From: Chiloscyllium plagiosum
Taxonomy: Eukaryota
Direction of reading: 5' to 3'
DNA: 64,000 nt
NCBI RefSeq assembly: GCF_004010195.1
Contig: NC_057719.1
Location: 35,154,137-35,218,136 of the forward strand
Shown: positions 9,400-21,996 of the stretch, in pieces
Layout: every line of letters begins with the position of its first letter
Numbering within the stretch: the first letter of the stretch is position 1
Position numbers and translations under genes: made by a program
The notes under the pieces: generated by a model
Seen by the model: the letters and a program-made list of their open reading frames with translations, nothing else
The model's database searches: none
What the model was told of the DNA's origin: nothing

Positions 9400-12365
9400 G
9401 TAACTTGTCTGTGGACTGCCAGTTTTATTTGGATTAGGAGCTGTAGATCAGCAGTCACCTGGTCTGCAGATTGTGAAGGAGCAAAAATGGCCTTTAGTAC
9501 AGTGATATGTTCTTCTTGTTAGATGTGGAAGTTTAAAGAGTGTTTCAGGGTTACTGCGGATTATATCTGCTATAAATGCTGTTGGGTGCGAATCTTATCA
9601 GATCAAATGGATCGGTTGGAGAAACAGTTAGAAGCAATGAGGAATTTGCAACAGCAACAGTATGTGATGGAAGGGGGGGAAGTCTCAGATACAGTCACAT
9701 AGATGGGTTAACTCCAGGAAAGGTAAGACAGGTAGGTACCTAATGCAGGAGTCTTTTGTAGATATACCCATTTCAAACAGGTATGCTGTTTTGGAAAATG
9801 TAGGGGGTGATGGATTCTCAGGGGAACGTAGCACGAACAGTCAAGTTTCTGGTATGGAGACTGGCTCTAATGCAACGAGGGGTATGTCGGCTTCCAAGAG
9901 ATCAATTGTGTTAGGGGATTCTGTAGTCCGAGGTACAGAAAGACGTTTCTGTGGCCAGCAGCGAAAAAGCAGAATGGTGTGTTGCTTCCCCGGTGCCAGG
10001 ATCAAGGATGTCTCAGAGAGGGCGCAGAATGTTCTCACAGGGGAGAGTGGCCAGCAAGAGGTCATTGTCCACATTGGAACCAACGACATAGGATGGGAAA
10101 AGGTTGAGATTCTGAAGGGAGATTAAAAAGAATTAGGCAGAAATTTAAAAAGGAGGTCCTCGAGAGTAGTAATATCTGGATTACTCCCAGTGCTACGAGC
10201 TAGTGAGGGCAGGAATAGTAGGATAGAGCAGATGAATGCATGGCTGAGGAGCTGGTGTATGGGAGAAGGATTCACATTTTTGGATCATTGGAATCTCTTT
10301 TGGGGTAGAAGTGACGGATTGCACCTAAATTGGAAGGGGACTAATATACTGGCAGGGAAATTTGCTAGAACTGCTCGGGAGGATTTAAACTAGTAAGGAA
10401 AGAGATCAATCTGAGACTGGTACAGTTGAGAACAGAAGTGAGTCAAACAATCAGGGCAAGTAGGGAGAAGGTAGGACTAATAAATTAAACTTCAAAGCAA
10501 GGGGCCTAACAGGGAAGGCAGGTGAACTCAGGGCATGGTTAGGAACATGGGACTGGAATATCATAGCAATTACAGAAACATGGCTCAGGGATGGGCAGGA
10601 CTGGCAGCTTAATGTTCCAGGATACAAATACTACAGGAAGGATAGAAAGGGAGGCAAGATAGGAGGGGGAGTGGCATTTTTGATAAGGGATAGCATTACA
10701 CCTGTGCTGAGGGAGTATATTCCCAGAAATACCTCCAGGGAAGTTATTTGGATGGAACTGAGAAATAAGAAAGGGATGATTACCTTATTGGGAATGTATT
10801 TTGGAACCCCTAATAGTCAGAGGGAAATTGAGAAACAAACTTATAAGGAGATCTCAGCGATCTGTAAGAATAATAGGGTGGTTATGGTAGGGGATTTTAA
10901 CTTTACAAACGTAGACTGGGACTGCCGGAGTGTTAAAGATTTAGATGGAGAGGAATTTGTTCAGTGCGTACAAGACAATTTTCTGATTCAGTATGTGGAT
11001 GTACTCCTAGAGAAAGTGAAAAACTTGACCTACTCTTCGGAAATAAGGCAGGGCAGGTGACTGAGGTGTCAGTGGGGGAGCACTTTGGGGCCAGTGACCA
11101 TAATTCTATTAGATTTAAAATAGTGATGGAAAAGGATAGATCAGATCTAAAAGTTGAAGTTCTAAATCGGAGAAAGGCCAATTTTGACTGTATTAGGCAA
11201 GAACTTTCGAAAGCTGACTGGGGGCAGATTTTCACAGGTAAAGGCACGGCTGGAAAATGGGAAGCCTTCAGAAATGAGATAATGAGAATCGAGAGAAAGT
11301 ATATTCCTGTCAGGGTGAAAGGAAAGGCTGGTAGGTATAGGGAATGCTGGATGACTAAAGAAATTGAGGGTTTGGTTAAGAAAAAGAAGGAAGCATATGT
11401 CAGGTATAGACAGGATAGATCGAGTGAATCCTTAGAAGAGTATAAAGGCAGTAGGAGTATACTTAAAAGGGAAATCAGGAGGGCCAAAAGAGGACATGAG
11501 ATAGCTTTGGCAAATAGAATTAAGGAGAATCCAAAGGGTTTTTACAAATACATTAAGGACAAAAGGGTAATGAGGGAGAGAATAGGGCCCCTCAAAGATC
11601 AGTAAGGCGGCCTTTGTGTGGAGCTGCAGAAAATGGGGGAGATACTAAATGAGTATTTTGCATCAGTATTTACTGTGGAAAAGGATATGGAAGATATAGC
11701 CTGTAGGGAAATAGATGGTGACATCTTGCAAAATGTCCAGATTGCAGAGGAGGAAGTGCTGGATGTCTTGAAACGGTTAAAGGTGGATAAATCCCCAGGA
11801 CCTGATCAGGTGTACCCGAGAACTCTGTGGGAAGCCAGAGAACTGATAGCTGGGCCTCTTGCTGAGATATTTGTATCATCGATAGTCACAGGTGAGGTGC
11901 CGGAAGACTGGAGATTAGCAAACGTAGTGCCACTGTTTAAGAAGAGTGGTAAGGACAAGTCAGGGAACTATAGACTGGTGAGCCTGACCTCAGTGGTGAG
12001 CGAGTTGTTGGAGGGAATCCTGAGGGACAGGATGTACATGTATTTGGAAAGGCAAGAACTGATTAGGGATAGTCAACATGGCTTTGTACATGGGAAATCA
12101 TGTCTCACAAACTTGATTGAGTTTTTTGAAGAAGTAACAAAGAGGATTGATGATGGCAGAGCGGTAGATGTGATCTATATGGACTTCAGTAAGGCGGTCG
12201 AGAAGGTTCCTCATGGGAGACTGATTCGCAAGGTTAGATCTCATGGAATACAGGGAGAACTAGCCATTTGGATACAGAACTGGCTCAAAGGTAGAAAACA
12301 GAGGGTGGTGGTGGAGGGTCGTTTTTCAGACTGGAGGCCTGTGACCAGTGGAGTGCCACAAGGAT
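9400..12365 (+). mobile_element. CR1 LINE with ORF1 (zinc finger, coiled coil, SGNH esterase) and ORF2 (APE, RT N-terminal part); 3'-truncated
   Basis: ORF1 from ATG 9487 has CSSC...CYKC, IVLGDSVVR, CFPGARI, VHIGTND and DGLHLN. ORF2 has ITETW, GDFN, SDHN, SQHGF and YMDFSKA, and ends abruptly at SGVPQG. Confidence 0.9.
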
Positions 12366-12739
12366 GAGTTCAGCAACCATCAGAATTAATGGCACGGGAT
12401 TGTCACTAGGGGAGCTAACGCTGGAATGTGAGAGATCTGTTGGGATTCCTCTTGTGACCTCTTTGTTTAATATTTCGATAAATAATTAACAGCCAGGAAT
12501 CTCAAAACACAATGGCTGACTGTGCAGATGGTACAAAGTATATGGTAGATTTTACAATTGATTGGCAATAAATTGAAGATATCATAGTGGTGCTCCGTGG
12601 CAGTGTGTAAAGGGATATTACTGTGCAGAACTGAGCTGAAATAGTAAGCTAATGAAGTCATTTTTGAAATCATTCATGCAGCTGCATTTAGAGTACTGGA
12701 TGTAATTCTGGTCACCAGGATCCATAACATCTATCAAAA

Positions 12740-12932
12740 GCAAAATGCTATAAATGCCAGAAATCTGAAATGAAATCGGGGAATGCTGGAGAAATTCATA
12801 TGTCTGGAAATATCTTTCAAGAGAGAAACATTTTTGAGTCCAGGACAACTCCTATTCAGAACCAAGGAGGAATGAAAGTTAACTCTGTTCCTTTCCATAC
12901 ACGTGGCCAGACCTGCTGAGTTTTACCAGCAA
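12740..12932. mobile_element. Old inverted PLE family-3 terminus
   Basis: Degenerate match to 52439-52660 (aaagcaaaatgct...aatctgaaa...gccagacctgctgag). Confidence 0.5.
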
Positions 12933-13139
12933 TAATGACTGGAATAATTTTTAACACAATGAAGAGTAACTTGAATAATTGAAGGCTTGGAGGGATGGAA
13001 TACAAGGGGCAGTTTTATAAATTGGGCAGGTTTCCCACTGGAAAGGCAAAAGTTGGGAAATGATGTTGATATTTTAGGTTCTAGAATCAAAAAATCCCCA
13101 CAGTTGTGGAAGCTGGCTAATTGGCCCATCAAGTCTACA

Positions 13140-14330
13140 GTGACTGAGGCATATGGATAGGATGAATAGTCAAGGTTTTAACTGCAGGATAGGGGAGTCC
13201 AAAACTAGAGGGCATAGATTAACGGTGAGAGGGGAAAGATTTAAAAGCGATTTAGGGGCAACCTTTTCAAGCAGAGTGTGATGTGTGTATGGAATAAGCT
13301 ATCAGAGGAGTTGGTGGAACCTGGTACAGTTGTAACATTTAAAAGACATCTTGATGGTTACATGACTAGGAAGGATTTAGAACTATATGGGCCAAATGTT
13401 GGCAAATGGGACTAGATTAATTTAGGATATCTGGTCAGCATGGACGATTTGGACCCATGAGTCTGTTTCTGTGCTGTACATCTCTGAATCTATGACTATG
13501 ATTCTACATAGATAGGCTTGGACAAAGAAATGGCAGATGGAATTTATCTGGACAAATGCAAGGTGATGCATTTTGGAAGATTTAATGCTGGAGAGAATTG
13601 TACAGTAAATGGCAGAATTCTTTAAATAGATGCAACATACAGAGGAATCTAGGCATACAGGTCCACAGTTCCCTGAAAGTGGCAATACAAGTTGATGAGA
13701 TGGTCAAGAAGGCATATGGCATGCTTGCCTTCATCAGTCAGGGCATAAACTTTAAATATTTGCAAGTCATGTGGCAGCTGTTAGCTAGTCCACATTTTGG
13801 AATATTTTGTACAGTTCTGGTTGCCATGCTACCAGAAGGATCTGGAGCCTTTGGAGAGGGTACATAAAAGGTTTACTAGGATGTCGCCTGGTTTGGAGAG
13901 TATAAGAGATATTGGTTTGTTTTCACCTGAATGTTGAAAGGATGAAAGGTGACTTGACAATAGTTCACAAAATTATGAGGGACTTGATAGAATGGATAGT
14001 CAGGGCCTTTTTCCAAGGGTTGACACATCACTCACTTGGGGACGTAGGTTGAACGTAAAAGGGGGTAAGTTTAAAGGAGATCTGCGAGGTAATTTTTGTT
14101 TTACACAGAGGGTGATAAGGTCTTGAACGCACTGCCAGAAAAGGTGATGGAGGCAGATACAATACTTTGAGGCATCCTGACAGATATATAAATAGGCAGG
14201 AATTAAAGGGATACAGATCATTTAGAGGCAAAAGATTGTTAGTTTAGAAAGACATCATGTATCAGCATAGTCTTGGTGGGCCAAAGGGCCTGTTCCTATG
14301 TTGTATTTAGCTTTATTCTTTATATTCTCA
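13140..14330 (+). mobile_element. Two tandem CR1 3' fragments
   Basis: CR1 3' ends (ctgtacatctctgaatctatgactatgattct; gggcctgttcctatgttgta) and QVHSSLKVA..VKKAYGMLAFI coding remnants. Confidence 0.8.
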
Positions 14331-15419
14331 AGGATATATGGGAAGATGGCTAACGTGTTTCATCTGTGGTACTTGTAGCAGACCTTGCTTTTCCAGAATC
14401 AGTTTGTTCACTGATCAAAAGTAATACAGAAAACTACCTCAACTGAACTTATCAAAGTTCTGAGGCAATGTCTTAAACCTAAGTGGGACATTGGCAGTGA
14501 GGTCCCATCTTGTAAAGCTAACACCAAGCAGTGGAATCCATCAATTATTTGAGGTGATTCTCAACTCCTATCATCCTTCTTACCACAACATATTTTATGC
14601 ACAGATAAATGGATGTGCTGTGAACTTGTTTTTGTGCCTACTGAATTTGGGACCAGTATTCAGGGCACAAAGTCTACATAGCAGCTAAATCCCTTTTATA
14701 TTTAGCTGAATGTAAATTTCAAATGGAGTCTGCTAATCATGGTCCTAAAAATCAAATTCCTGCAACTCCATGTACTGACTTGATATTTGTGCTTGTTGTG
14801 CCCTTTTGTCCAGAGCTCTGTCTATTGATATTTGCTTGTGCACATTTGTCTCGTTCTCCTGACCCCAATCTGTATTATTGCCTATACCTCCCTCGAGAGA
14901 CAGACATTGAACCAAATTGCAGTTTTCTGTCAGCTTCTGCAAACAAAATATAGGGTACAGTCAATTCTCTATAGGGTAAGTGGACAATGTAAATAGCAAA
15001 CGGCATCGAACTGAACCTTTGAATTATGTACGTGAACCGGACAGAAAGTCGAAACTGAAAAAGTGTTCTCTTTGGGATTGTTTTCAGATTTCTTAGAACG
15101 GAGAACTTAAGTAACTTAAACAATAAATTCCTTTCAAGGAATATTTTAAATCAATTTGTAATGACATGGTTATTAGCAGATACTCTGTGAAATCTTTTTG
15201 AAATCCTCTAAAAGTTGCTTCGTATTCTATCTGTTTTGGCACAAAGCCATGTGTAAAACTAGCAATTAATAGTTTTGGATCAAATTACCCCGATCAATGT
15301 TCCTGGAGTTCAGGAGACGCAATGGAAATATAAATCTTTAAATATTAAAACGTCATTTCAATTATTATGCATTCCTTTAACTTGAAGTTTCAAATTTGGA
15401 ACCGAAGAGTTTCATTTTG

Positions 15420-15505
15420 TCGGGGGCGGGGGAGGACGTAGGGGTGGTGCGGTGCGCGGGGACTGTTGAAATCCAAAATCGCCTGGAAACCGGAGTAAAC
15501 AAACT
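15420..15505 (+). promoter_or_regulatory. GC-rich promoter-like island with GC box, X-box-like and forkhead motifs
   Basis: GGGGCGGGG (~15423-15431), ATCGCCTGGAAAC (15478-15490, imperfect RFX X-box) and GTAAACAAA (15495-15503, forkhead/FOXJ1-type). Confidence 0.5.
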
Positions 15506-15596
15506 CATGCAGGATCGGCGGACATTTCTCCTTTTTTTAGGACTTGCATGTAACTGATTTCCGTCAAGGTGGAGAACTACGACAATCTTATTCGAC

Positions 15597-15705
15597 ATGA
15601 CAAGTATGATAGACTTATTGAATGACGGAACTGTTAGAGAGAAACCTTGTTACAACCAAAAGGTGCTGGTTCATTTCACATTCAGCAAGTTACTCAGAGC
15701 TAAAG
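15597..15705 (+). CDS. Candidate distal first coding exon (MTSMIDLLNDGTVREKPCYNQKVLVHFTFSKLLRAK), possibly of MOK
   Basis: Open from ATG to a strong donor AAG|GTGAGT, phase 1, which is compatible with the MOK exon at 39179. It follows a GC-box promoter-like island. No homology recognised. Confidence 0.45.
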
Positions 15706-16029
15706 GTGAGTTGATATTTTACTGAATATTGAGAAAACAAAAGTAACTGTAAATTATTAAAGACGATAATTCGGTCTCTATTGTCGTTCTTAACAAAAAA
15801 TCATAACATTTTCTTAATGAGGAGGGACAAGAGACTGGAGGTACAAAGCGTTTTATTTTGTCCAGTACATAAAAAAAATCATGCACATGAAAAAAAATTA
15901 TAAAAATGGCATTCATTTCAAATGGACTGGAGTACAGAGGGGAAGAAATTATGTTTCATTTGCACAGAACCTTGATAGGTCTCCAGAGCATTCAGTGTTG
16001 AGCACCAAACATTGAGAAGCACATGTAGC

Positions 16030-16356
16030 AAAAAACTATGGATGCTGGAAATCTGAATTAAAAGCAGACAGCTGGAAATACTCAGCATGTTTGGCAGTGG
16101 ACAGAGTTAACGTTTTGAGTGCAATATGACGACTAGTATACAAACGCTGCCAAACATGCTAAGTATTTTCAACACATTCTGTTTTTATTAAGATGTAGAG
16201 GTGCCTTTGTTGGACTGGAGTGAATAAAGTCATAAGTCAGATGACACCAGGTCATAGTCCAACAGGTTAATTTGAAATCACAAGCTTTTGGAGTAGTGCC
16301 CCTTCATCAGGTGAAGTCCTGACAAAGGAGCAAAGCTTGTGATTTCAAATAAACCT
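16030..16356. mobile_element. Adjacent degenerate family-3 (~16030-16190) and family-2 (~16198-16356) inverted PLE termini
   Basis: Inverted arms tttgaaatcacaagcttt / aaagcttgtgatttcaaa surround cttcatcagg...cctgacaaagg; homologous to 35341-35460 and 52439-52660. Confidence 0.6.
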
Positions 16357-17539
16357 TTTTTTTATTTAAGGTAGGGACACAGAGGCCTTGGACCTCTTCA
16401 TTGCAGATTTACAAGAATATAAAATGTTAAAATATTAGGAAATATTCCATTACTTTTATTTCCTTTAAATTTAGCAGGAAAGAGCGTCTAGTCAAATGTT
16501 TACAATGATAGGAGATTTTATAAAATAGGTAAAGGAACATGATTTTCTTGCTGGGAAAATGGAGAACAATGAGATAATATTATGCTCGATGATTTCATAG
16601 TTGACTTCAGAGTTCAGATTTCACTTTCAAACAAAGGATCATGTAAACCTGGGCATTGTCAAGACTGAAGTCAGTGTTTTGTTAAGTAAAGCCAGATTAA
16701 TGATGCTGAGGTAGAGTTCAGCCATGACTTAACTCAATTGTAGAACACATCTGAAGGGATAAATGTTATATTCATACCTATGATTTGTTTAGAATTATAA
16801 CATTTAGAACTTGTAGCACAAGAGGAGGCTATTTGACATGTTGTGTCCATGCCAGCTCTGCTAGTCCTATTCCCTATCCTTTTTCAATAAGCTAGTAATT
16901 TTTTTGCTCTGGTTCTTTTCCAACTCTTCCTTTGAAAACCATGATTGAATTTGCCTCCTCCACATTCCTGATCCGAAGTAGTCACTGTGTTAAGAAAAAA
17001 ATCTTCCTTATGTTACTGTTTCTTCTTTTGCAATTTACTTTACATCCATGTCCTCTGGTTGTTGGCCCACCTGCCAACAGTTTCTCTCTTTCAGCTCTGT
17101 CTAGAGCCTGCAGAGAGTCTAAATACCATCATCAAACCTCCTCTGAACCTTCTATAAGAAGCCTTCCCAACTTATACTCATAACTGAAATCTCATTCTTA
17201 GATTCTTTCTTGTAAACCTTTGCTGCAGCTCCCTATAGCTTTCAAACCTTTCCTAAAGTATGATGCCCAGAATTTGTCACAAAACCTTTTTTTCTCATAA
17301 AGGTTCATCATAACTCCTTTACTTTTCTACTCTATTTCTCTATTTATAAAACTCAGGATCCTTTTTTTTCCACCACTTTCTCAGCCTGCTCTAAACCTGA
17401 AATCTTTCTGGTCCTGCACACCCCTTTGAATTGTACTATTTGTTTTGCCTTGTTTAATTCTTGCTAACAATTTGCATCACTTTACATTTCTCTCCATATC
17501 TTTGCCCATTCCACCAGCCTGCCCATGTTTTCTTTAAAG

Positions 17540-17699
17540 GCAGAAGTGGGAGATTAGAGTCAAGATTAGAGTGGTGTTGGAAAAGCACAGCAGGTCAGGC
17601 AGCATCCGATGAAGGGCTTTTGCCCAAAACGTCCATCTTTCTGGTCCTCGGATGCTGCCTGACTTGCTGTGCTTTTGTGGCACCACTCTAATCTTGGCT
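17540..17699. mobile_element. Fold-back PLE family-1-related insertion
   Basis: Inverted arms caagattagagtggtg / caccactctaatcttg; TSD CATGTTTTCTTTAAAG at 17524-17539 and 17700-17715. Confidence 0.8.
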
Positions 17700-20600
17700 C
17701 ATGTTTTCTTTAAAGTTTATCACAATCCTCCTCACATTTTTCAATGTTTCCAAGTTTTTGTGTTAGCTGGTTTAATAAACATCCATTCACATTACTCACA
17801 TTTCTGTCATTGACTCAACCAACTTCATAACCATGCTGCCACTTTCTCTATTGGCTGATGAGCTTCAGCTTTGCTGGTAAGCCAACAACTGAACGTTAGA
17901 AAATTTCCATTGTAAGTAAGACTACGTGTACAGTATCAACCACCTTGCTGTCATCAACCTCCTGCTATGTCACCAAAAAACTCAAAACAAGTCAGTTAAA
18001 CATGATTTGCCTTTAATCAGTTTGTACTGACATTCCTTAATTAAATCCACACTTGTCCAAGATGAGAGAGGGAATCAGCACCAATAATGTCATCAATGTA
18101 CTGAAGAAAGAGTTTTGGGAGAGACCCTAATATGACTGGAACAAGGTATATTCTATGTACCCCACAGAGACGGGCATGACTGGGAGCATGCGTGTGCCTG
18201 TAGCCACACCATTGACATGAAGAAAGCCTGGGAAGTTAATGGATAAGTTGCCTACTCCTGCTCCCAGTTCTTGCACTGTTATGTTCTTAGAAATGTGTTG
18301 AGTGTTTCCATACTCCATGCTACCAAATCTTTGTTTCACACGCCCTGTTTGTTGTTACTGCCAAGACTTTCATCTCACTGAGGTTCTCAACGTTTGCTTG
18401 TTCTCCACCAGTTCAGGACTCCTTTTATTACAAACTGTTTTTTCTGAGGGAAACAGAGAGTTATCTTTGAAAAGGACTGCGCAGATGTGTGGGGCATAAT
18501 CATGTAGTTTGCAGATATATGCAAGCAAGAAGAGGAGGTAATGTGGAAGAAACTACATGGGCACTTGAGAAATGAAAAAGCAATGTTTAGTAGTTGCTAC
18601 CAGGTGAAAAAACAAAGTGCAACAGGCACAAACAACAAAAACAACAAACAATATGAGTGTTTCATTAAAATAGGAGCATTAGTACATTTGAGAAGAAAGC
18701 TTGAAACAGGGGAGGATGGTACTCACCTTGTTAGGGATAATGACTGGAATTGGTTTGGGCAGGTGTCACACAGAAACGTTGAGCTCAAAGAGAGTGTGTT
18801 TGCTGTCAATTTAACTACAGGGGGCGTACTCACCACATTTGCAGATACATTGCTTGGTAAGTCATTGCAAGCCACTAAAAATTTTGAAATAAAAAGTTAT
18901 AGAATACCAAACATATTTAGTTTCAAAATCAGTATTGCTAAAGACATTGAGGCAACCAATCAATCTGAATCTCTACTCTTTAAAATGTTTAGATGGGTAG
19001 ACTGTGTAGGAATTACAAAGTTTAGCTGCAAGAGCTGGGATGTGTGATTTTGAACATATTTGGTTAATAAGGGAGTTAGCAGAAGAAGGAAAGGAGCTAC
19101 TCCTTTGTTCTTTCTAAGTTTTTTTCACCCTATAGGCATTGGTTCTTGTGTGTGTGTGTGTGTGTGTGTAGGTGCCAGGAGGTGGGGTTGGTGCAGAAGG
19201 CTAGCTATCTGCATAATACAGGATTTGGTGGTAAGATTATTCCAATATATACAAAAGAAAAATAAAACAAAGCTGAAATAAGTAATACATTAAAACAGAT
19301 TAAGGATGGCTGGGTAGGTGATGCATTCCATTTGCAGAATGTGGGAGCTCTGTGAAGCCACTGTGATCCAGGGCAAATGCATCTACAATATGAGCTGCAG
19401 TTCCACTATCTTCAGCTCTACAATCACTGTGAAACATTAGGGAGGGGAAATATCATCTGGATTCTTTATTCCAAGATGCGATCACATCCCTTAGGATAAG
19501 GTAATTTGATTAGGTTACCAGTCAAGAAAAGGAGAACATGTTGCAAGGCGGGCAGATAAAGGAACTGTCATGGAAAAGAGCATGAGATGAATTTTAAAGA
19601 TTTTATAATTTTGCTCTTCTGTCCAGAACAAAGGTGATTTTTATTTTTCTTTTCCCTTTCGAAATGTATTCCACCACATCATCTGTTTGTCAACACTAAT
19701 TTGAAAATGACCCACAACAAACTCTCTCTTTGAGTTTAAAAAAAAGATGGCTTATTCATGCAATCAAATATATTTGATTTGACATTACTTTCACTGCCTT
19801 GTGAGGAAGAGAGAGTTTCAGAGAGTCACCGCCCTCTGTGATGAAAAATACTCTCATCTCTATCTTCAATAGGCAACTCCTTTATTTTAGTTATTCCATC
19901 CCTCCTATTTCCTGATTTTTTTCCTGCTTCTGGAATGTTACTTCTTTATCCAGGGGACGGTTAATACAACATATTTACTTGATTCATCTCCTAATAATGA
20001 AAAAAATAAGTTCCAAAAACTCACTTTCCATAGGTGCTCTTTATCTTCTAAGGTAGTCCCAAAGGACTGAAGATGACTTTCTTCAACTCCAGAACTATAG
20101 GTCCTAAAATGATTAAACAATCTAATGCTGGATCTGAATATCCTAGCATAAGTGTTTAATAGGGTGAGTAAATAGGGTTCTCAAACTTTTACATGTTCCT
20201 TCTGCTGTTTTCACATGGGTCTCCAGCTGTTGGAGATGCTGAGAAATGGTTGGAACCTTCACAGATGCTTCTTTTCCAGATTGTGCTGTCTTGGGCAAGA
20301 TATTCCTATGAATTGTTGGGGAAGCTACAGTTTTTCAAGGATGCACTAAAGATATCCTTGAAGCATTTCCTTTGTCCTCTTGTAACAAATTGCTATTAGA
20401 AACTTCTCGGACAGCTCGTTTTACAGGACCAATGTTCACTTTGTTAACGTTTTTTTGTAAATATCTGAAGAAACTCTAACAGTCTTTTTATTTTTAGCTA
20501 AGTTGGATTCACAGAGCTATACAGCACAGAAACAGACTCTTCGGTCCAACTCATCTGCACCAACCAGACATCCCAATCTGACCTAGTCCCATTTGCCAGC

Positions 20601-20966
20601 ATTTGGCCCATATCCCACTAAACAATCCAGATGCCTTTTACATGTTGCACTTGTACCTGCCTCCACCACTTCCTCTGGCAACGTGTTCCAAACTTACACC
20701 ACCCTCTGCATGAAAAAGTGACCATTGAGGTCCTTTTTAAATCTTTGCCCTCTCACCTTAAAACTATGCTCTCTAATTTAGTACTCCCACACTCTAGAAA
20801 AAATACTTTGGCTGTGTACCCTATCCATCCTCCTCATGATTTATAAACCTCTGTAAAGTAATAACAGGATAAAAACAATGACTGCAGATGCTGGAAACCA
20901 GATCTGGATTAGAGTGGTGCTGGAAAAGCACAGCAGTTCAGGCAGCATCTGAGGAGCAGTAAAATC

Positions 20967-20994
20967 GACGTTTCGGGCAAAAGCCCTTCATCAG
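20967..20994 (-). ncRNA. Minimal type-I hammerhead ribozyme, intact core
   Basis: Minus strand AUUC-CUGAUGA-A-GGGC-UUUU-GCCC-GAAA-CG-UC-GAUU, with palindromic ACGU at stem III. Confidence 0.7.
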
Positions 20995-21000
20995 GAATAC

Positions 21001-21996
21001 NNNNNNNNNNNNNNNNNNNNNNNNNNNNNNNNNNNNNNNNNNNNNNNNNNNNNNNNNNNNNNNNNNNNNNNNNNNNNNNNNNNNNNNNNNNNNNNNNNNN
21101 NNNNNNNNNNNNNNNNNNNNNNNNNNNNNNNNNNNNNNNNNNNNNNNNNNNNNNNNNNNNNNNNNNNNNNNNNNNNNNNNNNNNNNNNNNNNNNNNNNNN
21201 NNNNNNNNNNNNNNNNNNNNNNNNNNNNNNNNNNNNNNNNNNNNNNNNNNNNNNNNNNNNNNNNNNNNNNNNNNNNNNNNNNNNNNNNNNNNNNNNNNNN
21301 NNNNNNNNNNNNNNNNNNNNNNNNNNNNNNNNNNNNNNNNNNNNNNNNNNNNNNNNNNNNNNNNNNNNNNNNNNNNNNNNNNNNNNNNNNNNNNNNNNNN
21401 NNNNNNNNNNNNNNNNNNNNNNNNNNNNNNNNNNNNNNNNNNNNNNNNNNNNNNNNNNNNNNNNNNNNNNNNNNNNNNNNNNNNNNNNNNNNNNNNNNNN
21501 NNNNNNNNNNNNNNNNNNNNNNNNNNNNNNNNNNNNNNNNNNNNNNNNNNNNNNNNNNNNNNNNNNNNNNNNNNNNNNNNNNNNNNNNNNNNNNNNNNNN
21601 NNNNNNNNNNNNNNNNNNNNNNNNNNNNNNNNNNNNNNNNNNNNNNNNNNNNNNNNNNNNNNNNNNNNNNNNNNNNNNNNNNNNNNNNNNNNNNNNNNNN
21701 NNNNNNNNNNNNNNNNNNNNNNNNNNNNNNNNNNNNNNNNNNNNNNNNNNNNNNNNNNNNNNNNNNNNNNNNNNNNNNNNNNNNNNNNNNNNNNNNNNNN
21801 NNNNNNNNNNNNNNNNNNNNNNNNNNNNNNNNNNNNNNNNNNNNNNNNNNNNNNNNNNNNNNNNNNNNNNNNNNNNNNNNNNNNNNNNNNNNNNNNNNNN
21901 NNNNNNNNNNNNNNNNNNNNNNNNNNNNNNNNNNNNNNNNNNNNNNNNNNNNNNNNNNNNNNNNNNNNNNNNNNNNNNNNNNNNNNNNNNNNNNNA
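21001..21996. other. Assembly gap (N run)
   Basis: Run of n. Confidence 0.99.

Noticed and set aside
18541..19047. 168-aa ORF
   Set aside because: No recognisable domain or splice context; it lies in AT-rich sequence next to a degraded LINE 5' region.
19147..19169. (TG)n microsatellite, and the (TTAGA)n runs at ~2915-2965
   Set aside because: Ordinary simple repeats; TTAGA runs are SINE/LINE tail sequence, not telomeric TTAGGG.
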